Position numbers and translations under genes: made by a program. From Candidatus Heimdallarchaeota archaeon (GTDB taxonomy: Archaea; Asgardarchaeota; Heimdallarchaeia; Heimdallarchaeales; Heimdallarchaeaceae): a stretch of DNA of 53,817 bases. The DNA is taken from NCBI GenBank assembly GCA_018238545.1, contig JABCTC010000023.1, positions 1 to 53,817 on the forward strand, given 5' to 3'. This document shows, in pieces, positions 27,963 through 37,880 of the stretch; the stretch's first letter is position 1, and each line of letters begins with the position of its first letter. The notes under the pieces are model-generated. The model had not been told where the DNA came from. It worked only from the letters and a program-made list of their open reading frames with translations, and did no database searches.

Positions 27963-28940
27963 ATGATTACTTGTATAAGGTGTATAATGATGGTTCATAA
28001 CCCATTTGATGATGAAAACTCAACTGATGATCCAAGAAAAGCAAAATTACGTGATCAGGCACAACAGCAGTTTATAGCGCAATTACAACAAACTATCGCT
28101 AATCAAAGCGCAAAAATAGAAAACTTCGAAGCTCAAATTCTTGAGATTAACAATATTATTGAACAGAAAGATTCTGAACTCGAAAACTATTCTAAACGTT
28201 TGGAAGAGCAACGTTATTACCATGAGGAAGACAAGAAATCTAGAAAAGATCGTGAACACGAACTCACTAAATTACTTCAACAAAAGGAGCTTGAAGTAAA
28301 GAAGCTAAAAGAAGCTCCTATAGCTCCTCAAGAAACACATTTTCCACCTCAGGAAGCATCAACTTCTGTTGTTGGAAACAAAGTGAATGAGTTCGTGGAA
28401 AGGATTATGGCATACTATAGGAAGCCTACAGATGATATTTTTGTTCATTCACTTCAAGGCTTAATAAAACACTGTAGTTCTCAAGGAACCATTGAACAAC
28501 AAATATTGGGTGTGCTTCTAAAATCTGAAATGCCATTAACTGAAGAGGATATAATTCAACAATTAAATTCAGATGTCCCTACAATAAATAGATCTTTGTT
28601 TAGATTAGTTCAGCAAGAAAATATAAAGAAAGTTGGTCAAGGATATGTAATCATCTCCTCTGATTTTGCAGAAATGACAGATATTAAACAAAATTGGGGA
28701 AGTCTTGCTCCTGAACAAATCTATGAGAACCTTCTTTCTGTTGTTTATGTAGGGGGGAATAGGGAAGAATTACTTGATGCATTTGCAAAGGCGAGGGACG
28801 CATTAATGGAAATGGGTGCTCTCTCGACTCTCGTAACTCATGAAATGAGTCAGCATGTCGATAAAATAAAAAAACATCCAATAGAAACACAGGATCTTGT
28901 GGAAACTATACAGAAATGGAAATCTGCAATCAAAGAATAA
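27963..28940 (+). CDS. Coiled-coil plus winged-helix hypothetical protein
   Basis: Q/E/K-rich heptads in the N-terminal half; ILGVLLKSEMPLTEEDI..INRSLFRLV..IKKVGQGY wHTH. True start is likely near 27988-27991. Confidence 0.65.
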   Translation: MITCIRCIMMVHNPFDDENSTDDPRKAKLRDQAQQQFIAQLQQTIANQSAKIENFEAQILEINNIIEQKDSELENYSKRLEEQRYYHEEDKKSRKDREHELTKLLQQKELEVKKLKEAPIAPQETHFPPQEASTSVVGNKVNEFVERIMAYYRKPTDDIFVHSLQGLIKHCSSQGTIEQQILGVLLKSEMPLTEEDIIQQLNSDVPTINRSLFRLVQQENIKKVGQGYVIISSDFAEMTDIKQNWGSLAPEQIYENLLSVVYVGGNREELLDAFAKARDALMEMGALSTLVTHEMSQHVDKIKKHPIETQDLVETIQKWKSAIKE

Positions 28941-30717
28941 TTTTCATTCCAAAAGGTCCTCTAAAGATGAATTTTACATCTTTTTCTTCTACTTCTAGTA
29001 ATAAATCAATTGCATAACCATTTATTGTAGATTCATTTGGGATTACTGATTTTATTTTCCCCTCAAATATTTTTATTTGTCTTCCAGGGGACATATCGTG
29101 CTTCAATAGAGGATTTTTTAGTAGTATAGCGATTCTGGGTGAAAAATGTGGGTTTTTCAGAAGTAAATAGGTTTGAACTTGACCCTGTTTAACAGTTGTT
29201 CCACTGCTGTAGATATAAAACCAATCCTGTATAATGACTGGAAGTTGCTCTACAGATACAAACTCTTGAGTTGTTAATCTTCTTAATTCGTTCATATTCG
29301 TATAGGTAATTACTGGTAAATCATAAACACCCATTTTTTTCAAATCTTCAATGCCTTGATAAATTTCTTCAGTGCATGTTTCCTTAATTGAATGGTGTAA
29401 AATTACAAGAAGTTCTAGAGTGTCCTTTGCTAGCAAAGTCTCTTTAAGATTGATTGCAAGATAATGTGATTGCAGAAGAATTAGAAGAGCATGCTCAAAC
29501 TCCTCTCTTTGAAGTAACATATAACCTATCTGAATTAGTAGGGAAATTTCATCTTTTCCATCAATAGAAGCTTTCTTATCTATTAATCCACTTTCCATAA
29601 TAGTTGAAGCTAGAATCACTGCTCTTGTTAATCCAAATAAGTCTAAGCGGTTTTGCTTTTCGCATAATAAGAGAAATTTCTCAGAGTAGTAGCTTTTCAA
29701 TCTTTCATGCTTATTAGAAAGCAAGAAATAAATCATTCGCAAAAAATGTAAATCCATAAAAATATCAGAAACTAATGAAGGGAAAATAGTTGAAATCTCT
29801 GTGATTGTATTCAAATGGCTTTCCAATTTATCAAAATCAAGCAAAGTAAATTCTACAATACTGAGTAGAAATAATATTCGAGCTTTCAAACGTATAGCTA
29901 GTTCCTCAATATAACTCTCTTTATTAAATAGAGCAATTCTTAGCTCAAGAGATAAATCAGATAGAGCGGTGTAAGCTTCTTCCAACTCATAGTAAAGTCC
30001 TTCTAAACTGCCCTTTTCTAGTTGTTCTAGATAATTTGGAAATTCAAATTCAATCTCATTCATGAGATCAATTAGGCTATTTTCTTCATCTAAAAGATGA
30101 TAGTCGGATGGGGATTTGTCCGCTGGGACTTTTTTTGTTTCGCTAATATTTTGTAATACATTTATTGCATGTTCTTGGATTTTTTTTATCCTTGTTACTG
30201 GGTCATATGTTTGTCTCTTCTCAACTGAGTGACGAATTTCATCTGAAAGAATAGTATCATAAATCTTATTGAGTATTTTTTCGTTATCTGGATCTTTACA
30301 TGTAGTTTTCAGAAGAAAAACAAAAGATGAACTAATAAGAACGGGTATGTTTTCAAGTTCGCAGAATCTCACTAGTTTTAAATCACTTGTTATTACTGTT
30401 CCATTTATCTTTTTTGCTGCAAGAATGTTAGATAAATCGTTCATCTGAGGTGATTTTGACGCGTTTTCACCTATATTTTCCTTATATTTACGAATATCTT
30501 TGATTAATACTTTTTCGATTTGAACTGGAGGTTTTATCCTCCTTCTTAAATACCACCTGATTTCTTGAAGAATGAAATTAGTTACATAGAGTTCAATTTT
30601 CATATCTACTATTATTTTTAGAAACAGGTTAAAATCAGAGGGATTTTTCTCAAAACCACTAATGAAAAAGTTTGTATCTAAGATATATTTCTTGCTAGAA
30701 TTTGGTGGGGAACTCAC
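28930..30717 (-). CDS. PIN-domain protein with long helical (TPR-like) region
   Basis: YILDTNFF, LQEI, MND, ITSD acidic PIN residues; Leu-rich helical middle. Confidence 0.72.
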   Translation of the reverse strand: MSSPPNSSKKYILDTNFFISGFEKNPSDFNLFLKIIVDMKIELYVTNFILQEIRWYLRRRIKPPVQIEKVLIKDIRKYKENIGENASKSPQMNDLSNILAAKKINGTVITSDLKLVRFCELENIPVLISSSFVFLLKTTCKDPDNEKILNKIYDTILSDEIRHSVEKRQTYDPVTRIKKIQEHAINVLQNISETKKVPADKSPSDYHLLDEENSLIDLMNEIEFEFPNYLEQLEKGSLEGLYYELEEAYTALSDLSLELRIALFNKESYIEELAIRLKARILFLLSIVEFTLLDFDKLESHLNTITEISTIFPSLVSDIFMDLHFLRMIYFLLSNKHERLKSYYSEKFLLLCEKQNRLDLFGLTRAVILASTIMESGLIDKKASIDGKDEISLLIQIGYMLLQREEFEHALLILLQSHYLAINLKETLLAKDTLELLVILHHSIKETCTEEIYQGIEDLKKMGVYDLPVITYTNMNELRRLTTQEFVSVEQLPVIIQDWFYIYSSGTTVKQGQVQTYLLLKNPHFSPRIAILLKNPLLKHDMSPGRQIKIFEGKIKSVIPNESTINGYAIDLLLEVEEKDVKFIFRGPFGMKIIL

Positions 30718-32330
30718 ATGAATACACTCTTATGACGTCTTTTTCTCCAAATAAAATAGACTAAAAGAACATAAAAAACTATCTGCACAATGTTGGAAAA
30801 ACTGGCATTATTCAAATCTGGTTGAAATGAAGGCACTGTTAAATTAAGTAAATTGGATTCTATTAGATATTCAAAGAAATAATTGTTTCCCTTATCTATT
30901 TCTTCAGGGTCATAGTAGGAGTGAAAATGTTCTTGAAATGAGTGTGAAAAACCCTTCAGAAGTCCTTCATCAGAATAAGCTAACCACCCAGATGTGTTGT
31001 AATAAACTTCATTTACAAAGGTACGTGGAATAACTGTTTGAGTGTTATTTGCTTGGTATTTGAAAGATAAATCCCAAATTACATTGTGCATATTCTCTAA
31101 ATAATGATATTCAATATCAAGCTCAGCTCTCTCAATAGTATACAGTGTATCTGTAACCCCCTTCAGTACAAATTGATATCCATTTAACATATCTTCAAGT
31201 TGGTTGAAGAGTTCTTGAATCAGAATAATAGTACCTCCAAATCTTTCCCATAATGGTAAAAGAATCGGGGGCATTAAGGCTGTCCATGAATTATGAATGG
31301 GTGTATTTGTAGTGTAGAAATGGTTGATTGAGTCATAGATCCTCATGTTCCAATCAAAATCTAAACCTGATTCAAATAAAGCATACTGTATTCCTACTGT
31401 TTGGTTTAACTGATTGACCCAAATTGCCCAATCTCTTAATTGATCTTCTATTAAGCTTGAACCTGCATATAATTCAAAATCAGCTTGACTGTTATTTATG
31501 AAAAACCCAATTACTGGAACATCTATGGGTGAATCAATCTCTTCATAATCCTTTAATGAGAGTATTAATGTAGTTGATTCTTTCCCATAAGTAATATGAG
31601 CGGAAAAAGATTTCAGTATACCACTCTCTTTATTCCAAGAAGCTTTCATTGAAACTGCTGGTTCGATATTTGCTTCTAGAGAAACTGTAAAATCCTCATA
31701 ACCCTGATTAAATACATTTACTGAAAATGTTTGATCTAAAACCAATGCTGTAAATTCTGCTTCAAATCTTGTATAATCGTAATCTAAAACAATTGGCAAG
31801 AAATCAAATATGTCTAGATTTTGTAACATGCCACCAAAATTAGGTCTAGTTATGTTAGTAAATATTTTAGGAACTACTATGCTTGTTCCTGCTGGAAGTA
31901 CAACGTTAATAATTTCTTCCCCTACAGGTTGGAAGTTAAAATCAAATAAATCTAAGATAATATCGCTTGTTGTGTCTACTTCTACCTCAATTGACTCTGT
32001 AAGGAGGATATGGGTTTCTATTGCAAATATCGTTACATACATTAATTCAAATTTATCTTTTTCAATGAGATAAATATCTTGAAGTACAGTTTTTCTATCC
32101 TTCAATATGACATGCAATTCAGCGTTTGAGAGAGACCCCTTTATGTTGAACCCCATTTCTGAAAAAACGTTATCTAGATTGTCGCCTTGAACAATATTAT
32201 ATCTAAGTAAGTAACCTTTCTCATCAAAACTCATGTTTCGAAAATCATCTCCTGTTTCAGCTAATATTGTTGGAGCAGTAGGTAATAGGAGGGATAAAAT
32301 AATAATCCAAGTAAATATTTTATTTTTCAT
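30714..32330 (-). CDS. Exported protein with C-terminal membrane anchor (start likely MKNKIF at 32330)
   Basis: Signal peptide after MKNK; C-terminal TM helix followed by RKRRHK. Confidence 0.7.
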   Translation of the reverse strand: MKNKIFTWIIILSLLLPTAPTILAETGDDFRNMSFDEKGYLLRYNIVQGDNLDNVFSEMGFNIKGSLSNAELHVILKDRKTVLQDIYLIEKDKFELMYVTIFAIETHILLTESIEVEVDTTSDIILDLFDFNFQPVGEEIINVVLPAGTSIVVPKIFTNITRPNFGGMLQNLDIFDFLPIVLDYDYTRFEAEFTALVLDQTFSVNVFNQGYEDFTVSLEANIEPAVSMKASWNKESGILKSFSAHITYGKESTTLILSLKDYEEIDSPIDVPVIGFFINNSQADFELYAGSSLIEDQLRDWAIWVNQLNQTVGIQYALFESGLDFDWNMRIYDSINHFYTTNTPIHNSWTALMPPILLPLWERFGGTIILIQELFNQLEDMLNGYQFVLKGVTDTLYTIERAELDIEYHYLENMHNVIWDLSFKYQANNTQTVIPRTFVNEVYYNTSGWLAYSDEGLLKGFSHSFQEHFHSYYDPEEIDKGNNYFFEYLIESNLLNLTVPSFQPDLNNASFSNIVQIVFYVLLVYFIWRKRRHKSVFM

Positions 32331-35253
32331 CTGTATTACTCTCCATATTCTTTTTCTTCCTTTTACCGAATATATTTGTTTTAACTGTAATAACAATTGC
32401 AGGAGGAACGATAAACAATCTTGATATAAATACGTCTACGAGAATTCCAATACCTAGCCCTAATCCTATTTGTTGCATGTGAATCGATGAAGTAAAAACT
32501 AATGTAAAGTAGGTAGCAGCCATGACTATCCCTGCAACAGAGATATTGCTCATTGTTTGATCCACAGCAGCAACTATGTTTTTACTAACATTTTTATCTT
32601 TCTTATTGAGATCATTGAAAATCCCCAAAAACAAAACATCAAAATCTAACCCTAAAGCTATTAGTACTGTGTAAAGTAGTAGAGGAACTATCCAATATAT
32701 AGTCCCTCCCAAGAAGAAATAACCAACCCCCCCTAAGAAGCCTAGACTAATTCCTAATGAAATTAAAATTGTTACTAACACTCTAAAAGCCATAAGAATG
32801 TTTTTCATGAAGATGAAAAGGAGGACAAGAATGGTTATTGATGCTATTACTATAATGAGGAGGAAATCATCCGCTATACCTACTTTAGAATCGTAAAGAA
32901 TAGGTGCAAAACCAGTTAAGTAAATGTCCCAATCTTCGAAACCCTTCTCTTGCTTTTGTTCGATTATTATCTCTCTGGTTCTCTCTATTTGTTCATCTAA
33001 TCTTCTATCTCCTTCTTCGAAACTAGAACCAAGAATAAGTGTTCCATACGCAACATCAGGAAGTACAAAGTTCTTCATTAAAATTTGGATTTCCTCTGTT
33101 AAGAAATAAGAGCTGTTCTCATTACTTGTTGTATATGGTTCACCAATAGGATGACTTAATCCTATAACTCGCGTAAAATTAATTTCTGCTAATACCGTTT
33201 CCACCAATTCAAGAACAATATCTATAGATTCATAATTTAAACTCTGATTATCATGAATGAAACCTTCTCCTTCTGGGGTGTGAAACAATATTACTATTTG
33301 ACTAGTAAACTCAGATCCCATATGATGATTCAAAGCATCTATGCCTTGTCTACTTTGATAAGACTCTGGTGCAGTTGAAATCTGAGCATAATCAGTAGGA
33401 ACTAAAAGAAAGGCCCCTGTTCCTATTATAGCTAAAGCAAATGCAACAGCTAATACCTTGCCTGGATTCTTGACTGCTTTATTTACAATATTAATTACTG
33501 AAAACTTTGGCTTCTTTATTCTCTTTAAAGATAATTTCCATTTAGTTAGATACTTTGGATTTATCAGAAGAAGAATCGCTGGTACAACTGTTAGGGAAAC
33601 AACCATGCTTGTAAAAAAGCCAATTGCTCCTCCAAACCCCATTCCTGTCATAATTGAATATCTACTCAGGATGAAAGATCCAAATCCTACTGTAAGAGAA
33701 ATTGCAGATATGATGATGCTTTTAGAAGTTCTATTCAGAGTTTTCTTCAAAGCATCCATTCTACTCTTCCCTTCTTTAATGTGGATTAAATAATCTCCCA
33801 TGAGGAAAACGCAATAATCGGTCGTAGCTCCAAGTACGCTGACACTTAATAGAAGTAAGCTTGTGCTCGATAGACCTCCCACCATATTGCCTATTAAAAT
33901 GAATAGCAACCTTGAGATACTGAACGCTATCCCCAATACGAACAATTGAATTACTGGCAGAATAGGCGACCTGTAAACTAGAGCTAGAATTACAATTATT
34001 GTGATAATAATAATAATATCAGTTTTGTGAAGTTGTTCCATATAATCTAATGAAAGCTCTATTATGAATAGATTAATTCCTGTTACAAATAGTTCTAATT
34101 CATTATAATTCGCCTGCAAATCTTCCATAAAGTCAAGAAGTTCAATATATGCTTCTTTTCCTATCTCATTTCTATGACTTAATGACATTCTAAATGTAAT
34201 TACTGTTGTATCAACAAGAGATGATTCATTTTTGTAGTTTGTATATTGTTTTAAGAATGTTTCAACTATTCCTAATGAGATAGGTGGTAGTTCAACTTCT
34301 CTCTTGAGAACATCCATTAGATACTTGTTTTTTGCATTAACATAACCCTCGATATCGCCATCAGCATACACTTCCTTAACAAAATTAATGCTAAAACTAT
34401 CGGTTGTGTTAAACAGAAATTTTGTGATTTTTATGTAAGCATACTCACTTTCGTCCCATCTCGTTTCATTAAAATCTTCTGAAATAGATAGCAATAATTG
34501 AAGATATCTTGTATCATCAACATAGTCTCCAAAAAGTGAATTGTTAGCTACTACAATGGTCTTACATAGATTTAGTACCTCTTGTGAAGTTGTTGGAAGT
34601 GTAAGGTTTGCAGATACTTTGAAACTTTCCGCTAATAAATCAAAGAAATCATATGCATTTGGTAAATATCTAGATTCATTATACGAATCCAACAAAGTAT
34701 CTAAGTGATTTTTTGTTAGAAAAGTAGTTGAATCCGTTGCTATATTGACATCTGTGGAAATGTTGAATCTATCTAGCCAGAGATTGGAAAAATAATCAAT
34801 ACCTCCCCAAATATAATGAACTGAAGAAAACGAAAGTTGTGTCGCAAACCATTGCAGGCTAAAAATTGTTCTTAATACATTATCTGCATCATCAAAAAGC
34901 GATGAATATGGTAGTTTAGAGGAAAGATAAGGACCAATCTTTGGATTACTAGTTATATTGTTTATAATGCTCGTAATAATTGCTCTCATTTCATCAGCGA
35001 GAATTGTACCATTTGGATTGTGAATTATTATCTGGAAACTACTATTATCTTCACTAAATTGACCTAAGATGTCTGCACCTTGGTCAGCTTCTTGAATATT
35101 TCCAGATGATATTAAACTAGAACTTTCATCTGCAACATAATCATTCAAATTGAAAATCTTATTTATATTTATTGAAACTATTAGAACCCAAAAAATGAGT
35201 ATACAGATCGATGCTACTCTATAGTTTTTCTTTAGCTTGTCTAGAAGTTTCAA
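32320..35253 (-). CDS. MMPL/RND-family transporter
   Basis: Two repeats of 1 TM + loop + 5 TM; LVYRSP..P, GATTDYCVFL, LGLDFDVLF. Confidence 0.9.
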   Translation of the reverse strand: MKLLDKLKKNYRVASICILIFWVLIVSININKIFNLNDYVADESSSLISSGNIQEADQGADILGQFSEDNSSFQIIIHNPNGTILADEMRAIITSIINNITSNPKIGPYLSSKLPYSSLFDDADNVLRTIFSLQWFATQLSFSSVHYIWGGIDYFSNLWLDRFNISTDVNIATDSTTFLTKNHLDTLLDSYNESRYLPNAYDFFDLLAESFKVSANLTLPTTSQEVLNLCKTIVVANNSLFGDYVDDTRYLQLLLSISEDFNETRWDESEYAYIKITKFLFNTTDSFSINFVKEVYADGDIEGYVNAKNKYLMDVLKREVELPPISLGIVETFLKQYTNYKNESSLVDTTVITFRMSLSHRNEIGKEAYIELLDFMEDLQANYNELELFVTGINLFIIELSLDYMEQLHKTDIIIIITIIVILALVYRSPILPVIQLFVLGIAFSISRLLFILIGNMVGGLSSTSLLLLSVSVLGATTDYCVFLMGDYLIHIKEGKSRMDALKKTLNRTSKSIIISAISLTVGFGSFILSRYSIMTGMGFGGAIGFFTSMVVSLTVVPAILLLINPKYLTKWKLSLKRIKKPKFSVINIVNKAVKNPGKVLAVAFALAIIGTGAFLLVPTDYAQISTAPESYQSRQGIDALNHHMGSEFTSQIVILFHTPEGEGFIHDNQSLNYESIDIVLELVETVLAEINFTRVIGLSHPIGEPYTTSNENSSYFLTEEIQILMKNFVLPDVAYGTLILGSSFEEGDRRLDEQIERTREIIIEQKQEKGFEDWDIYLTGFAPILYDSKVGIADDFLLIIVIASITILVLLFIFMKNILMAFRVLVTILISLGISLGFLGGVGYFFLGGTIYWIVPLLLYTVLIALGLDFDVLFLGIFNDLNKKDKNVSKNIVAAVDQTMSNISVAGIVMAATYFTLVFTSSIHMQQIGLGLGIGILVDVFISRLFIVPPAIVITVKTNIFGKRKKKNMESNTDEK

Positions 35254-35428
35254 ATTAATCTACTCTAAATCTCGTATTATTGTTTATAATTTTATTTATG
35301 GTATTTCGCATCTTACCGAGCAATTTTTAAGTAACTAAAAACTTCAGCACATAGACATCTTAAGTTGATAAATCAGCTACCAACTCATTGTGAATTTCAA
35401 ATATATTACATCTATCTGTGGGGTAAAA

Positions 35429-36124
35429 ATGAACAAAAACGGAAAAGAAAAGAATTCAGGGGAAAATAAACCTATTCGTTCTCTAGCTTATGATGAACGC
35501 ATCAAAAATTTGGCTAATCAACAAACTGAACATTCTGCAATTATCTTAGCTATGCAACTCATGGTTGAGAATCTTCAAACCAACATTCAACATATGATGG
35601 AACATTATGAATATGTTCAACAAGTTAGAGATAGACTACTGGGCGATATTCAAAACAAGAAAAGGATCTATATCCTAGCAAGTGGTCGAAGCGCAATGGT
35701 TGGTCAAATGTTCCAAACAAGACTCGAACATTTTGGAGTAGAATGTCGTTTTATAACCAACACTAGGTCTGTTCCAAGATTAAAAGAGGAAGATAGCATT
35801 ATTGTAGTAAGTGGGTCTGGAACTACACCTATTGTCAAAGCAATGTTGGAAACCTATTTGATTTATAATCCATTTGTGATTGTCTTGACTAGTTATCCAC
35901 AAAGCTTGATTGGACGATTAGGAGATGTTACGGTGAAAATAAAGGGAAGAACAAAATCTGATTTAAATCGAAGAAGTAAAGGATTAGACAGTACTTTAGC
36001 TCCTGAAGGAACTGCTTTTGAACAAGCTGCTTTAGCTTTTCTTGATGGTATTGTTGCTGAGCTTGCTGTATCTCTGCATAGAGATGAAAAAAGTCTATCT
36101 GAACTACACAATCAAGGTGTATAA
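35429..36124 (+). CDS. hxlB: 6-phospho-3-hexuloisomerase-like SIS-domain protein
   Basis: SGRS, VSGSGTT, TS.PQS.IG, LAPEGTAFE; ATG at 35429 is the likely start. Confidence 0.8.
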   Translation: MNKNGKEKNSGENKPIRSLAYDERIKNLANQQTEHSAIILAMQLMVENLQTNIQHMMEHYEYVQQVRDRLLGDIQNKKRIYILASGRSAMVGQMFQTRLEHFGVECRFITNTRSVPRLKEEDSIIVVSGSGTTPIVKAMLETYLIYNPFVIVLTSYPQSLIGRLGDVTVKIKGRTKSDLNRRSKGLDSTLAPEGTAFEQAALAFLDGIVAELAVSLHRDEKSLSELHNQGV

Positions 36125-36281
36125 GAAATTTTTCAAGAAAAGCTATATTTTCATGCTTTTTTTGACAAAAATCTAGTTGAAACCATAGTAAGATTTAATA
36201 GATTTCCAAAACATAAAAGAATTAGACTTCACACTCGAAAAGATTTTATAAATAGAAATCTTAATTCGAAGAAGCAAACTA

Positions 36282-37064
36282 TTGGTGGCAAGAAACACGA
36301 TGTCAGGAAAATTAACTATCAAAGATATCTTCAAGGTTGATGGTTCCGGAATTCCTTACCTTAAATTGGTAATTTATGGTCCTTCTTTAGCTGGAAAAAC
36401 AAGTATGCTTACTGTTTATAACGTACTAAGAAAAGTTGAAGATCCTGAAACTATATATTCCTCATTAAAGAAAATTGATGACCCCAGTGGGAGAACTATA
36501 TTTTATGATCAAAGCACTTTTGAGTTACCAAAAGGTCAAGGAGTTAGCGTTCCAAAACTTCGCTATCAAGTGTGGACAGTTGCTGGACAGAAAAGACATT
36601 ACATACAAAGAAAAGTAGTTCTTGAAGGAGCCGATGGCTTAATTTTCATGTTTGATCCTAGTAAAAACATGTGGGATGATAATGTCGAAAGCCTAGCAGA
36701 ATTAATATCTTTGAAAGGTGATGTTTTAGGTAAATCATTGCCGTTTATAATAGTATTAAACAAAATAGATATGCCTGCAGAAGATAGAACTCCTACAGAT
36801 AGGTTCCTTGACATGTTAGTTGAGAAAAAATTAGCTTCGAACAAAGGTGATGCTTATATGAGAGTAATTGAAACTTCCTGCCTCCAAGCTAGAAACGAGC
36901 TTATGACATTACTCCGCAGTCCAGATATCAAATCTAAACTGGATGAATATGGGCGGTTACAGAGAGGAGCAAGACCTTTAAGTGTTCAAAAAGTTGCACA
37001 GCCAATTGAGCAATTAACAAGGGAAATTATTATACAAAGGGTTAAATCTGCTAAACCAGCATAA
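36282..37064 (+). CDS. MglA-like small GTPase, paralogue 1
   Basis: G1 GPSLAGKTS, G2 RTIFYD, G3 TVAGQ, LEGADG, G4 NKID. Confidence 0.85.
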   Translation: MVARNTMSGKLTIKDIFKVDGSGIPYLKLVIYGPSLAGKTSMLTVYNVLRKVEDPETIYSSLKKIDDPSGRTIFYDQSTFELPKGQGVSVPKLRYQVWTVAGQKRHYIQRKVVLEGADGLIFMFDPSKNMWDDNVESLAELISLKGDVLGKSLPFIIVLNKIDMPAEDRTPTDRFLDMLVEKKLASNKGDAYMRVIETSCLQARNELMTLLRSPDIKSKLDEYGRLQRGARPLSVQKVAQPIEQLTREIIIQRVKSAKPA

Positions 37065-37092
37065 TTCTTCTTTACTTCTTTGAGGGTATGAT

Positions 37093-37776
37093 TTGCGGCT
37101 TGATACTGTAACTCGAATAATTTTAGACCACATTTTACAAAAAAATGACTTTGATATACCTAAATTTTCACAAAATGAAAAATTCAAATGCCAGTTGATT
37201 CTTCAATCAATCAATTATTCTCTTGATGGATTTTTTAATGAGACAGAGTTTAGTGAAAATGAGAAAGGAAGGATAGTTTATACATTATTGAAACAAGGGA
37301 AAGATGCGTCACTAATTCTTGAAAAGCTCGATTGGCAAGGTTTTGAACATATAATAAGTGTAATCCTTGATGAGAACAATTATTCTGTTTTGACAAATTT
37401 TAGATTTAAAGATGAGTTCACAAAATACGAAATTGATTTATTGGCATTTAAATTCCCGTATTTGTTTGCAATTGATTGTAAACGTCACAGTACAGGATTT
37501 TCTAGTTTTCTGAAGAGTTCTGCTGAGAAACAAAAAGAAAGAGTAGAAATTTTATTTGAACAAATCCCGATAATTTCAGAGTATTTAATATCGAACCTCA
37601 ACTTACCAATAAAAAGAAAAATATTCCTTTATCCTATGATTGTCTCTTGGAAGTCATATAACCTTAAATTCTACTCTGACATTCCAATTGTCTCTTATGA
37701 TAATTTATCAGGATTTCTGCAAGAGATAGATGAATATAGAGATGCTATGTTCAACCTTTCTTTAACTTTTGAATGA
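37093..37776 (+). CDS. PD-(D/E)xK restriction-endonuclease-like protein (Mrr/NERD-like)
   Basis: LDWQGFE, YEIDLLA, AIDCK. Confidence 0.8.
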   Translation: MRLDTVTRIILDHILQKNDFDIPKFSQNEKFKCQLILQSINYSLDGFFNETEFSENEKGRIVYTLLKQGKDASLILEKLDWQGFEHIISVILDENNYSVLTNFRFKDEFTKYEIDLLAFKFPYLFAIDCKRHSTGFSSFLKSSAEKQKERVEILFEQIPIISEYLISNLNLPIKRKIFLYPMIVSWKSYNLKFYSDIPIVSYDNLSGFLQEIDEYRDAMFNLSLTFE

Positions 37777-37880
37777 AAAATAACTCAATAATGTAGTTGA
37801 CTAATGATTCGAACTGACGAAATTCATTTATATTCAAATATCTTTATGTCTTAATAACATAAAGAATTGAGCTGGAGTAA

